From: Hemiscyllium ocellatum
Taxonomy: Eukaryota
Length of the DNA: 64,000 nucleotides
Direction: 5' to 3'
Assembly: GCF_020745735.1 (NCBI RefSeq)
Contig: NC_083402.1
Coordinates: 115,154,213 to 115,218,212, forward strand
Every line of letters begins with the position of its first letter. Position 1 is the stretch's first letter. The translations under genes and the position numbers were made by a program. Positions 37,661-50,606 of this stretch are shown here, piece after piece. Under the pieces are notes generated by a model. The model made no database searches. It was not told the origin of the DNA and saw nothing but the letters and a program-made list of their open reading frames with translations.

Positions 37661-37928
37661 ATTAGATTCCCTACTTTGTGGAAACAGGTCCTTCGGCCCA
37701 ACCAGTCCACACCAACCCTCTGACTAATGCACCTAACACTATGGGCAATTTTGCATGACCTACATATCTTTTGGACTGTGGGAGGGAACCAGAGCACCCA
37801 GAGGAAACCCACGCAGACACAGGAAAAATGTGCAAACTCCACACAGACAGTCGCCCAAGGCTGAAATTGAACCTGGGACCCTGGTGCTGTGAAGCAGCAG
37901 TGCTAACCACTGAGACATCATGCCACCC
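37661..37928 (-). mobile_element. HE1-type SINE, tail-to-tail with the preceding SINE
   Basis: Head, V-domain and tail match the other HE1 copies. Confidence 0.9.
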
Positions 37929-39599
37929 TATTGCATCTCTTTATCAAATTTCCACATCACATACACTGTATGAAGTTTTATTTTATTGTTGTGCATTCCA
38001 CAGAGTTAAGATGTTGAATATTGAGATAAGCAATGTGGACTGAGGATTGAGAGAGTGAAGTAGGGGCTACTTTCATTGTTGGAGACAAATTGATAACTTA
38101 AGCTTTAGCTTTCAAAATTTTGACTTTATTTAAGTTTGAAAATGAGTAATAAAAATTGCATAAGATCTATTTTGCAGAAATAAAATATTCACAATCTAAA
38201 GTTATGGCTGTATTTGCTATATTACTGCACGTAATTGTCAGGAAAACTGTTTTACATTATTAAACATTTTATTATTCTGCTCATACTGCAATAGTGTTTG
38301 CATGCATAATTTAGTTAACAAAATGTCAAAGAAAACATTAAATAAATAACTGTTTCATAGTAATTACCATATTTATTCAATATTAAAAAATCACTCAATA
38401 TTTTGTTAAAATGGGACATCTCACAGCAGACTCCATTATTTTGACTTCTTTCAGTCATCGCATCTAAGTACAGAAGGGGACCAATCAGCCAACTAAGTTC
38501 ATTTTTATGATCTTTGCATCAGATTTTCTGCCCTATAATAATTTGTTGAATTGCATGCTCGTAAGAGCACAGTGAGTCAACACACTCTAATCATCTTGTT
38601 TATTTTATAGGACTGAAAATCTATGATGCAAGGATCATAAGAATGGACTCAGTGGACTGATTGATCTCTTTCTGCACTTAATTGCTGTGATTAGAAAAAA
38701 GTCCAACTAAGGAGTCTGTCATGACATGTCCCGGTTTAATAAAGTAGAGTGATTTCTTTTACATTGAATCACCCATCTCTTCCATGCCACTACCCATTCA
38801 CCCTCTTCCCAACAATTTTATATTAAAGTATTATATAAAATTTACAGCCTCGTGTGTCCATGTTGGCATTTAAGAGATGTGAAAGTCCCAGCAAAATGAC
38901 GTTAATCCTATTGAGATAATTTTTTGAGGGTTTTCCAAATCTTCTGCTGAGTGGAAGATTGGAGGAATCATTCTCCCATTGAAAACACTCTCCCTTGGGA
39001 GGTTTATTTATGATATTCAGGATTAAGAGCAGACAGAGTGATAAGCGATTATGCCCTAAGTTGCAAGTTCTAGAAATGCCTCCTCAAATTTCTCCACCTA
39101 TCTGTCTTTCCCACTCTTTAAGGTTGGCTGTCTCAATATCACATTGTAATCTCAAGCCAACATTTATGCAATTTACGATAAAATCAACATGAACAAACAA
39201 GTTTAGATGTTATGACTATCAATGGTCACATTTTACTAAATTGCATTCATATTCTGCCATACCAGGATTTGAACTCAGAGTTTCCGGATAAGTATCTAAG
39301 AATCTGCGTTACTATTCAATTAACATTATCACTACACTACTCTGCCTGTGTCTGCCTCACAAAGTTACATAGCATACTATAATGATTTGTGAAACTCACT
39401 TTATGATTGGTCCCCTTCAGGTTTGTCTAGAATTCTAGAATTAAACTTAAGCATTCCAATACTCTGATCAATCACAACTCATGTCAATGTCCATTCTAAA
39501 TCTATTATCTTCCTTTGGATTAAGATACCTTCATAAAAATCACAAGAAACCTACCCAGCTACATTGCAGCATCTTAATGCTATGAGCAATGAATAAAAA

Positions 39600-40100
39600 G
39601 TATAATACTTGTTAGACCTCAGCTGGAATATTGTGTACAGTTCTGGGAATTTTGGGAAAATTTAGGAAGAATGTGAACATATTTGAAAGACTGCAGAAGC
39701 TCTTTGCAAGAATAGTTCCAGGGATGAGTAACTTCAGTTATGAGGATAGATTGATGAAGTTCGGACTGTTTTCCTCAGAGATAAGGCATCTAAAAGGAGA
39801 TCTAGTGGAGGCTTTCAAAATGATGAGCAGGCTGAATAAGGAATAAAGGATCAAGAATAAGGGGTCACAGATTTAAAATATTTGCAAAACAGCAAATGTA
39901 AGGAAAAAAATAAACTTGTTCATAAAGTGAAAAGGCAGATGGAGACAGGTTCAATTTCAATTCAAGAAGGAACTGGACAATTATTTTGACTGAAATAATG
40001 TATATGGGAAGTAAGCAAGAGATTGGCACAAGACAACTATACTCATTTGAAGAGCCAATGCTGTCCTGATGAGCTCAATGAACCCCATCCATGTCTGTGT
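39600..40100 (+). mobile_element. Old CR1 3' fragment
   Basis: LVRPQLEYCVQFW, ERLQKLFARIVPG, SYEDRLMKFGLFS. Confidence 0.8.
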
Positions 40101-40675
40101 TTAAACTTATGAATTAATCCTTTTAATCTTTCCCAACAAATGATTCAGAGAAGTCAGAACACCGAGTTTCTGATCCAAACTCATGTAGACTTTGAGGAGC
40201 ATTCCAGGCAAATGGTAATCACCCATTGAAAGTTAAAATTTCCCAGGCAATTTCCAGATATTTGTGGATTGGGATTCCTGAATAGCATATTTTAGGGAAC
40301 ATTATTACAATGATTGTCTTCCAGTTGGAAGATCTGGGTCATTGTTTTTAACCGTCAATGATCCATTTGTCAATCCTGTCCATAGATGTATAAACTGCTT
40401 TGTAGATAATTTTGCCTGACTTCAGGAGCTTGTATGGAGTTGCAATTGCAAATATTGCAGATGTACAGCCAGGTCTCTCAAGAGAAACTTACCTCACCTT
40501 TGTTCATCCTCAAACATTCTCTCAGATCTGAGTTTGCTTGAAATATTTTCCAGATAGAGAGAGAGCAAATTTTCACAAGAATGTTCATGCTGAGAACTTT
40601 GGCAAATTTCCAATGAAATCTAAGCTGCTTTCATTGCATTCCAACCTCTGGGAAAGTGATCAGTTCTCTCATGTT

Positions 40676-40775
40676 GGAGAAAGTGACTGCTCCTCTACAT
40701 TGGGGAGACAGGACACCAACTTGCAGAATGTTTCAGACAATATCTCCAGGACAAAAGCATAAATCAATCCCACCC
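40676..40775 (+). mobile_element. PLE fragment: antisense tail fused to GIY-YIG coding sequence
   Basis: GGAGAAAGTGA (reverse complement of the family A tail end) then LLYIGETGHQLAECFRQYL, homologous to 27819-27900. Confidence 0.75.
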
Positions 40776-43149
40776 TCCTTCACTATCCTTTCTAACTGAG
40801 GCTTCACTTTCAAGGATCTATGAATCTACACTCCAAGGTCGCTTTGTTCAGCAACACTCTCCAGAACCTTATCATTAAGTGTATACATCCTGCCCTGGTT
40901 TGCCTTTCCAAAATGCGGCACCTCACATTTATCAAAATTAAACTCCATCTACAACTCTTTGGCACATTGGCCCATCTGATCAAGATCCCATTGTACTCTG
41001 AGGAAACCTTCTTTGCTGTCCACTACACCTCCAATTTTAGTGTCATCTGCAACTTACTAATCATATTTCTTATGTTTGCATTCAAATCATTTATATAAAA
41101 GATGAAAAGCAGTTGGCCCAGCACACATCCTGTGTCATGCCATTGGTCACAGGCCTCCAGTCTGAAAAGCAATCCTTCACCGCCACGCTCGGTCTTCTAC
41201 CTTCAAGCCAGTTCTGTATCTAAATGGCTAGTCCTCCCTGTATTCCATGAGATCCAACCTTGTCAAACAGTCTACCATGAGGAACCTCATTGAATGCCTT
41301 ACTAAAGTCCATATAGATCACATCCACTGCTCTGCACTCAATCCTTTGTTACATCTTCAATAAACTCAATCAAGTTCATGAGACATGATTTTCCATGTAC
41401 AAAGCTATGTTGATTATCCCCAATCAATCCTTGCTTTTCTAAACACATGTACATCCTGTACCTCAAGATTCCCTCCAACAACTTATCCAGCACTGATGTC
41501 GGGTTCACCAGTTTATAGTTTCCTGGCTTTTCCTTACAAATGTTCTTGAATAGTGGCACTACGTTAGCCAACTTTTGGTCTTCCAGCACCTTACCTGTGA
41601 CTGTTGATGATCCAAATATCTCAGCAAGGGGCCCAGAAATCATTGCTCTAGCTTCCCAGAGTTCTAGGGTACACCTGATCAAGTCTGGGGACTTATCCAC
41701 CTTTATATGTTTTAACACATCCAGAATCTCCTCATTTCTCAACATGTCACCATGCATTTCCCCACATTCTGTATCTTCTACATCCTTCTTCACAGTTATC
41801 ATTGATGCAAGATGCTTGTTTAGTATCTCCCTCATCTCCTGCGGTCCCACACATCGGCTGCCTTGCCGATCTTTGAGGGGGTTCTATTTTCATCCTAGTT
41901 ACCCTTTTGTCCTTAATGTATTTATAAAATCCCTTTGGATTCTCCTTAACCCTATTTGCCAAAGTTATCTCATGTCCTCTTTTTGCACTCCTGATTTTCT
42001 TCTTAAGTATACTACTACTGCCTTTATACTCGAAAGATTCACTCAATCTCTCCTGTCTATACCTGACACATGCTTCCTTCTTTTTCTTAACCAAACTCTT
42101 AATTCCTCTAGTCATCCAGAATTCTGTACACTTACCAGCCTTACCTTTTACCCGAACAGAAACATGCTGGCTCTGGACTCTCATTATTTTATTTCTGAAG
42201 GCTTCCCATTTTCCAGCTGTCCCTTTACTTGCTAACATCGGCCCCAATCCGCTTTTGAAAGTTCTTGTCTAATACCGTCAAAATTGGCCGTCCTTCAATT
42301 GACTTTTAGATCTGGTCTGTTCTTTTCCATCACTATTTTAAAACAAATAGAATTATGGTCGCTGGCCCCAACGTGTTTCCCCCACTGACATGCCTGAGTC
42401 ACTTGCCTGATTTCCCAAGAGTAAGGCAAGTCTTGCACCTTCTTGAGTAGGTCCATCAAAATACTGAACCTGAAAATTTTCTTGTACAAACTTAAATTCC
42501 TCTCCACCTAAACCCTTAACACTATGGCAGTCCCAGTCTATATTTGGAAAGTTAAAATCCCTTACCATAAACATCATATTATTGTTACCGATAACTGAAA
42601 TCTCCTTACAAATATGTTTCTCAATTTCTCATTGACTATTAGAGGTCTATAGTACCATCCCATTAAGGTGATCATCCCTTTCTTATTTCTCAATTTCACC
42701 CAAATAACTTCCCTGCATGTATTCTCAGGAATATCCTCCCCAAGTACAGCCGTAACGATGTACATTATCGAAAAGGTCACTCCCCTTCCTCTCTTGCCTT
42801 CTTTTCTATCCTTCCGACAGCATTTGTAACTTGCCAGTCCTGTCCATCCATGAGCCACATCTCGGTAATTGCTTTGATATCCCATTCCCATATTCCTAAC
42901 CATGTCCTGAGTTCATCTGTCTTCCCTGTTAAGCCTCTTATGCTGAAATAAATGCAGTTTAATTTATCAGTCCTATCTCATTCTCTGCTTTGCTCCTATC
43001 TGCCCTGACTGTTTGACTTGCTCCTTTTCCCAACTGTACCAGTCTCGGACTGATCACTTTCCTCACTATCTCCCTGGGTCCCATTGCCTCACCTTACCAG
43101 TTTAAATGGTCCTGAGCAGCTCTAGCAAATCTCCCTGCCAGTATGTCCC

Positions 43150-44053
43150 TCCTAATTCAGGTGTAATATGTCCTTCTTATACAGGTCACCTCTACCCCAG
43201 AAGAGATTACAGTAATCCAAAAATGTGAACCCTTCTCCCCTGCACCAGTTCCTCAGCCATACATTCATTTTCTCTATCCTCCTAATCCTACCCTCGCTAG
43301 CGCGGGACACCAGGAGTAATCTAGATATAACTATCTTCGAGGACTTCCTTTTTAAATTCCTGCCTAACTTCCTATGTTCTGTCTTCAGAATCTCATCCTT
43401 TTTCCTGCTTATGTCATTAGTTCCAATGTGTACCACAACTTCCTGCTGGTTCCTCTCCCCTTTGAAAATATTCTGCACTCTCTTTCCAGATATCCTTGAT
43501 CCCGGTACCATGGAGGTAACACGCCATTCTGATTCCTCGCAGTTGGCCACATAAATGCCTGTGTCTCTGACTAGAGAGTTCCCTCACTATCGATTGCTTC
43601 AAACCTGATGTATCTTCCTTAAATTAGAGCCAGTCTTGGTATCAGAAACTTAGATGTTCATGCTACATTCTTCTGAGGACCCACCCCCCCCCGCCATCCC
43701 ACGCGCGCGCGCGCGCACACGCACACACACACACATTACAGCATACTTGTTTGAGATGGCGATGGCCACTGGAGATTCCTGCACTACCTCGCTCCCTCTC
43801 TTACCTTTTCTGGAGTTAACTCATCTACTTGACTGTAACTGCAGTTTTCCTCCCACCCTATAACTGCAATGCATCAACCCCCTAGCTCCTGTAAATTCCT
43901 CTTTGCCTTGGACTGCTGCTCCAACCAGTCCAGGTGATCTGATAAGATTTACAATCTAATACACTTCCTACAGACATAATCATCAGTGACATGAAAATTC
44001 TCCCTAATCTCCCACATCCAACAGGAAGAGCATGTCACTCTACTGAAGGCCAT
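43150..44053 (-). pseudogene. CR1 ORF1 (CxxC...CxxC zinc finger + SGNH-esterase-like), decayed
   Basis: Manual translation from the ATG at 44053, plus ORF 43152-43550. Confidence 0.85.
43700..43736. repeat. (CG)7-(CA)n alternating purine-pyrimidine microsatellite
   Basis: Directly visible. Confidence 0.95.
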
Positions 44054-44438
44054 CTTTAAACCTTATCAATCTACAGACCCAGAAAATAGCACAGTCTTAC
44101 GGCTCTAAAAAACACTCCGCCAGGCTAACTTATTGACTATGTTGTATATTTTTAAATATGAATCAAGAGACAAATCTAAATAAAATATACAACCAAAAAG
44201 AACCAATTCTACTCATAATTTTTAAAAAAGCAGCATGTTTACACTTAAAAAACTATGCACTTTTTGCTCCTGGACTGTGAGCTCTTACACCACAGGTTCC
44301 TCCAAGGTCAGCTATGAAGTCTGCACTTTATTAATTTTGTCCAAAATACTTGAACTCAAACAGCAAAGGCAGTAGCTGTGCAGTTTCACTGCTATGTCAG
44401 ACAGTAGTTTAGGTTTCTTTCTTTCTTTCACTCCACCC

Positions 44439-44471
44439 CTCTCTCTCTCTCTCTCTCTCTCCCTCCCTCTC
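44439..44471. repeat. (CT)n microsatellite
   Basis: Directly visible. Confidence 0.95.
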
Positions 44472-45430
44472 ACTGATCATGTGATCCCTACCTTTGTCTC
44501 TCTTCCTCCTTTTTAAAATCCCATTCTTTTGATTTTTATCACCCCCAAAACAATGCAATGGCTTATAGAACGGTAATTACTGCCCTGGAATTTGAGGGAA
44601 TCAGCTCCAAAACCTAAAATGCCTCAAAAAAGGAGCAGCTATTACACCACAATTTTGTCCCATTCTCCATCTTGTATTACCAAATTCCTTTTGAGACAAA
44701 AACATTAATCAATTCAACGTGTAGAAGCTCAAGCTTCGTGGCAACACAAACCAAATCTGATTGGTGGAGCAGCTACTTGACTTTATATTTATTGGCAGGT
44801 CACATTTTATAGGCATGAAAATATCTGAAAGGCATTTGGAGTGGCCTGGAGTTGTCTATGGAGTGGAGTTATACACTTTGGTCTGATCGGTTTTAAATTC
44901 AGTTTTTTCCTGTCTTCCATGACGTTGAAGTGGCTAATTGTCATTGACATTGTACAAGTAATCTTGACACTGTTATGATGAAGTGATTCCAACTCTTTAT
45001 AAATTTTAATTATAAATTCACTTAAATGGAGTTTAATAAAGAGTGCTGCTTCTCTAAAAGTCTCCATCTCGGACTTTGTGAGTGTCCTCTCCATGACATT
45101 AGTTAAATCAATGACTGATTTACATTAATTAATCATTCAAAAGGAATCCTTACTGACACAAATCTGCTGGATGAGCCCTCAACTAAGCATCAACCCCCAG
45201 ATCTCTCATCAAACAGCCATGAAGTCTTCAGGACTATGTTAGAACTGTAATAAATGTGGCAAATAAGTTAACCAGCTGCATTAACCATTGGACAAAATAT
45301 ACATCATATTCAGATAGTGTATATATAGACCATGTATATTCAATCGAGAACTCCATGACTCCCTGGTGACCCAGTCACCTGAAGAATATAGCTCCCATGA
45401 TATGAGAATAGAATCGGCATTTAAGATAAT

Positions 45431-45750
45431 GATAGTGTGGTGGCTCAGTGGTTAGCACTGCTGCCTCAAAGCACTGGAGACCTGGGTTTGATTCCTGCCT
45501 TGGGTGACTGTCTGTGTGGCATTTGCACATTCTCCCCATATCTGCGTGGGTTTCCTCTGGGTGCTCTGGTTTCTTCCCACAATCCAAAGATGTGCAGGCC
45601 ATGTGAATTGGCCATGCTAATTTACCCATAGTGATAGGTGCTCTAGTCAGGGGTAAATATAGGGAAATGGGTCTGGGTGGGTTACTCTTTGGAGGATTGG
45701 TGTGGACTTGTTGGGATGGAGGGCCTGTCTCCATGCTGTAGGGAATCTAA
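45431..45750 (+). mobile_element. HE1-type SINE
   Basis: GGTGGCTCAGTGGTTAGCACTGCTGCCTCA...GTAGGGAATCTAA. Confidence 0.92.
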
Positions 45751-47504
45751 TAATTTCAGGAAGTACCGAGGATGCTGAGGCCAGCTTAATTTCAATTGAT
45801 AAAAGAGTGACCTTAAATTAATCCAGTTTACATTTCAAGAATGCTAATAAAATCAATAAAATTATTCACCATGTTGTAGGATTCAAAGCTGAATATGAGA
45901 AAATCATGAAAAAGTGAAGTCAGACAGAAGGTAATAGTTATTGGACAAATCTGGATTCAAATTTGCTGTAGATATATCCTCTGGAAGATAGATGGCACAA
46001 TTTTCTCCTTCCAGGCTGTGGCAAAGTAATTTGTGAGAAGGTAAAATAATGGGGTGAACTGATCCTTCTCACTGTCTCAGCTGTTGAGTGCCGGGTGAGA
46101 AGCTATATTGTAAACTTTTTTGATTTGCCAACAAATAAGCTGTCAATTAACAGTCACTTAGGGACCTCAATATACCAGTGGTTTGATTGACTGCTTCCTA
46201 ACAGTTGGAAAAGTGGCTGGTTAGGGAGTCCTATCTACTGTACTTGTTATAGACAGGGCTTTCATTTGTCCCTATTTGGACCCAATCAGGAAAAGAGACT
46301 ATCCTATGCGAAATGAAAGACAAAGACTTTTATTCATGAATTAGATTCCTGGAACCAAAAGTCAGCTCTGCACTATATGTCCTAGTAGCACAGGAAGAAA
46401 CACATAAGGCCCTACATCAGTATTACCTTCATAGATTTCTATTAAACAAGGGCTGGCAGTTGGTGTGAAGAGATCAGCCATGAACTGCTTGAATAGTGGA
46501 ATAGTTTAAGATTGAATGGCCATCTATGTTCCGTTGTTCAAGGGCAACAACATTCTGTGATCAAGGGGCTGACCACAACAGAGCTTTGGATCTCCGGTCT
46601 AATGCACATGCTCACTTAACCCGTGGGACAATCCATCCTTATAAATCTGCCTCAGGAAAGAGAAGGGATTCAATAATATGCTGAGAAGGGGGGCAGACAA
46701 GTAAAGTTGTCCAGCATCAAACAAAAATAAATTGGGTCTTAACTTTTATTTAGGTTAAAAACAATCGTCAAACTGTAATACTGAAAAGCTAAACTATTTC
46801 AGCTTACTCAGAGTCATCATGCCATGCATTGCAAGTACCTTTCTAAAGCCGTTAAAAGTGACAACTTCTAATGTCTGTCAAAACTGGCTGATGTGCATAA
46901 TCACGACACACCAGTTTGTGTGCCTATCTTTCAACAGTACCTGAGGTCCATACTCTTTTACCCTGAGAATTTGAGCATATCTTATGAAAAGATGAATAGC
47001 CATGAATTAATCGTGTCCAACTTATAAAAGGAGCCTGGTGTTATTTTATATAACAGATCAGTGCAAAGTTGTTTTCTTGGGATTGGCCGCTGTAGTGGTG
47101 ACAAATACCAATGTCATTAGAAAAGCATAAAAAGTCAAAACACCTTTAAAAAAACATGAGCAAGTAGGTATCTCAAAACATTCAATCTTACACCAGTCAT
47201 TATTCATGTGACATCATTTATCTTGCCTGCTCAGCTAAGAATATCAAATTAATGCATGTCAACTGAAGCAAAATTACATTTCGTTGTGCTTTATGTCTTT
47301 GGATTATTCATCAATTACAGGGGGAGAAAAAATCCACTCAGCTATTTCATCAGTTATTCTCAGATCGTTGTGAATTTTTTTGGGGGGGGCTATCTTTTCA
47401 ATTCAATCAATCATTTTTCATCTCAGGCAGTGAAACTGGGGAACTAAGTTATGAATGGCATAACCCATGCTTCCAGCCACTTCTGTAAAACCAGATGACC
47501 ATTT

Positions 47505-47700
47505 AAAAGTAGGGACAGGAGGAGGCCATTTGGCCCCCAAACCTGTTTCACTATTAAATAGGATCATAAGTGATCTGAAATTGTTCCTTGTAATCCTTGA
47601 TTTGCACACTGCTCATGAATCTATCTCAGCCTCAAATATACACAAGGACTCTGTCCTTACAACTCTCTGTGGCAAGGAGTTTCAAAGACTCACAATCCTC
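47505..47700 (-). mobile_element. Old CR1 3' tail fragment
   Basis: GTAGGGACAGGAGGAGGCCATTTGGCCC...GAGTTTCAAAGACTCACAATCCTC. Confidence 0.65.
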
Positions 47701-47904
47701 CTAGCACAGTCCATGGGGCATTGCATTAATGTGTCATCCTGTGTGTATATCAGAATTGCTAGGAGGAATCCTATCATGATGCTATTCAGGCACTGCTGCT
47801 GTATTCATGCTAACCCTAGAATCATGCAACTGAGTTTTATGTCCACAAATCAGGCAGGCAGTACCGATCCCAACCCATGGGGTGTGGTGATTTGATGGTG
47901 TGGT

Positions 47905-48319
47905 GAACCCTCCAACTACATGGAATCAACGTCGATTTCACCAATTTCCTCAACTCCCCTCCCCCCACCTTATCCCAGATCCAACCCTCCAGCTTGGCAC
48001 CACCCTCTTGAACTGTCCTACCTGTCCATCTTCCTTCCCACCTTTCCACTCCACCTTCCACTCTGACGTATCATCATCGCCCCCACCTTCAACTACCTAT
48101 CACATTCCCAGGTGCCTTCCCATCAGCCCCACCCCCTCCCATTTATTTCTCAGCCCCCTTTGCCCACCCCACCCCCCCACCAACACATACATTCCTGACG
48201 AAGAGCTTATGCTCGAAATGTCGACTCTCTGCTCCTCAGATGCTGCCTGACTGGCTGTGCTTTTCCACTGCCACACTTTTTGACTCTGATTTCCAGCATC
48301 TGCAGTCCTCACTTCCTCC
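47905..48319 (+). mobile_element. PLE 3' end (family A): ORF end, 3' UTR, pseudo-LTR with HHR and tail
   Basis: Collinear with 28030-28400 and extends into tail CTCTGATTTCCAGCATCTGCAGTCCTCACTTCCTCC. Confidence 0.92.
48191..48226 (+). ncRNA. Minimal hammerhead ribozyme motif, nearly intact
   Basis: auuc-CUGACGA-A-GAGC-UUAU-GCUC-GAAA-U-GUC-gacu. Confidence 0.7.
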
Positions 48320-48761
48320 AATTGTTTTCTGGTGCCAATGATGAGTTGGCAGAAGGGCAAAAGTACATGTACTGCCTCTGGGTCTGTGGATTAATGTAGC
48401 AGCAGATTCTCCTGATGAATATGGCACCTATCTGCATGATTGTCCCCTCATTTATGAGCATTTTTAAGCCTTCAATAGAAAAATAACTGGGCATGTTTAG
48501 ACATGTATCCATGGTTGATTTCCTGTAAGCAGCATTGTCCCGCTGCCATAAGGTGGCCTAATCTAACTGTTGATAGGAAGTATAGACTACCAACTAACCT
48601 GATTCCCATCAGGTAGCCATCAGTAATTGGCTACCTGGTGTTTGAATGGATCATCTGAGGTGGCAAATCCTCAGTTTCTGTTCAGCCTTCCTCACCCGAC
48701 CGTGAAACATAAGGTGCAGCCCTTGGTCTTGGCCTGTCCAAAGAACTGTAATAAAAATAAA

Positions 48762-48880
48762 ATTCAGGGGAGGCTAGAAATCTGAAGTAAGTAAAAAAAT
48801 ATGATGGAGAAGCTCAGGAAATCTGGCAGCATCTGTGGACAGAGAAACAGAATCAATGTTTCAAGTACACAGACTTCTTT
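48762..48880 (-). mobile_element. PLE pseudo-LTR plus tail, family B, old
   Basis: AAATCTGAA...CTCAG...TCTGGCAGCATCTGTGGACAGAGAAACAGAATCAATGTTTCA. Confidence 0.7.
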
Positions 48881-49834
48881 GGTGCATATCCAATGAACTC
48901 CTCTGATAATCACTCTGAGATGAACCAATACTTTACAGGAAGAACTAGGTATTTAGCTTGTAGTGACTGGCTCTTGACTGATGAGCTTTGGCAAAGTTAG
49001 TGGAAGTGGATTAATTTTGGAAGTATTGCAAGGGGCAGTGCTAAGCTTTGTGTGAAACCTGTGAATTTGGTAACAACTCTCGTCAAGGATTGACTCTGGA
49101 TGTGCCACATGTCTGAGAAAAGGAGCAGAAACTGCAGAGAGAGGATGCTCTGTGACAAGGAGAGCTCTGCACATTAAAAAAAACCCATGAATTAATCATA
49201 CGCAGTTAAGCTCTGTGCAGTGTTTGAAGCAAATTAAGTATCACATGAAGTGATTTTTCAATACAAAAGACAGAATTCTTGAGTTACTGTGACCCATCAT
49301 CATATATTTGAAGCAGTTCGTAAGGAAAGAGTCCAGGTGAGATTACTTATAAAGCCAGCAGTCTAGGCTCAGTGCAGTTTACTGATTTGACTTCATGACC
49401 AATAGCAGGATGAGGGTATAAAGTTGCTCTATATTTCAGCAAATTATTGTAGTTAGTTTGCTGATTTGAACAAAGAAAAAATGATACACTTGTTCTTTTC
49501 TCTTCTATAACAAATTTAATGTGTGACAGATTTTGTTCAAGCTTTTTAATCTATTGCTACAAAAGTATGCGCACTTAGTGAATCAATACATTTCACTAAG
49601 AGCATTACTTAGAAATGGATGGAAAAGAACAGTTTGTGGTTGGAAAGAGTGTGTTGCATGAGTTGAAGAATTGGTGCAAGGGAAATTGTCAACCAAATAT
49701 CAACATGTTTTGCATGCTTAATAAGATGGCCAGGGTTTAGCATACAATTCTTGGAATATAAATAATAGTGAAGTTCAAAACAGAAATTCCTTATTGCTTG
49801 TACTTCCATTCCTACGAACTCTGCTTTAAGTACT

Positions 49835-50084
49835 GATTTAGATTAGATTAGATACCCTACAGTGGGGAAACAGGCCCTTCAGCCCAACCAGTCCACACCG
49901 ACCCTCCAAAAAGTAACCCACCCAGACCCATTTCCCTCTGACTGATGCACCTAGCACTATGGGCAATTCACCTGACCTGCATATCTTTGGACTGTGGGAG
50001 GAAACTGGAGCACCTTGAGGAAACCCACGCAGACTTGGGGAGAATGTGCAAACTCCACACCAACAGTCACCCGAGGCTGGAATC
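49835..50084 (-). mobile_element. HE1-type SINE, 5'-truncated
   Basis: (AATCT)n tail and V-domain present; head mostly missing. Confidence 0.88.
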
Positions 50085-50244
50085 TCACTTCCAACAAATA
50101 GTTAGAATGCAATATGGATCCGGAATACACAGTAAATTTCACTGGCCATTTGAAATAGGGTCATTGAACCCAACATAAGTAAATCTAGACTTGTGTGTGA
50201 ATTTTGAAAAGTTAACTAGAATGAAAGGCTTGAAAGTCTGGCCT

Positions 50245-50590
50245 TATAATATGGTTTCAATGACTTAAGGATGTCCTAAAATATTTTCCTTTATAGCCAA
50301 TGAAGAACCTTTGCAGTATTGTCACTGTTTTAAAGTAAGAAATGTTCTATTCAATTTGTACACAGTAAGTTCCAACAAATGACAATGGTATCATTATTAA
50401 GTCTCTATTCTATGCAATTGATTAAGGAATAAATATTGGCCAGGATGTCAGGAATAACTTCCCTGCCATAGTTAAAAATAACATTATGAGATCTTTTATG
50501 TACATTCAAGATAGGAATAGTTAATCAATTTAACATTTCATCTGTAAAACAGGATCTTCACAGTGCAGCGCTCACTCAAGTACCACACTC
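50245..50590 (-). mobile_element. DeuSINE copy
   Basis: AGGATGTCC...AGCCAATGAAG...AAATATTGGCCAGGA...GAGATCTTTTATGT. Confidence 0.7.
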
Positions 50591-50606
50591 AAGTATAAGA
50601 TGGCAC

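Larger units (their letters stand above)
40776..44680 (-). mobile_element. CR1 LINE retaining 5' UTR, ORF1 and most of ORF2, missing its 3' ~650 nt
   Basis: ORF1 starts MAFSRVTCSSCWMWE...YVCRKC at 44053; VVVHIGTNDI esterase motif; EN motifs DFNFP and ASDHN; RT collinear with 5960-8960. Confidence 0.93.

Noticed and set aside
40486-40560. Minus-strand GAG|GTAAGT donor with upstream mini-exon
   Set aside because: No clear acceptor or recognisable peptide.
44807-45094. 95-aa minus-strand ORF in unique sequence
   Set aside because: No recognisable domain or splice context; length is within chance expectation.
48970-49010. CTGATGAG followed by hairpin GCTTTG/CAAAGT
   Set aside because: No GAAA box after the stem.
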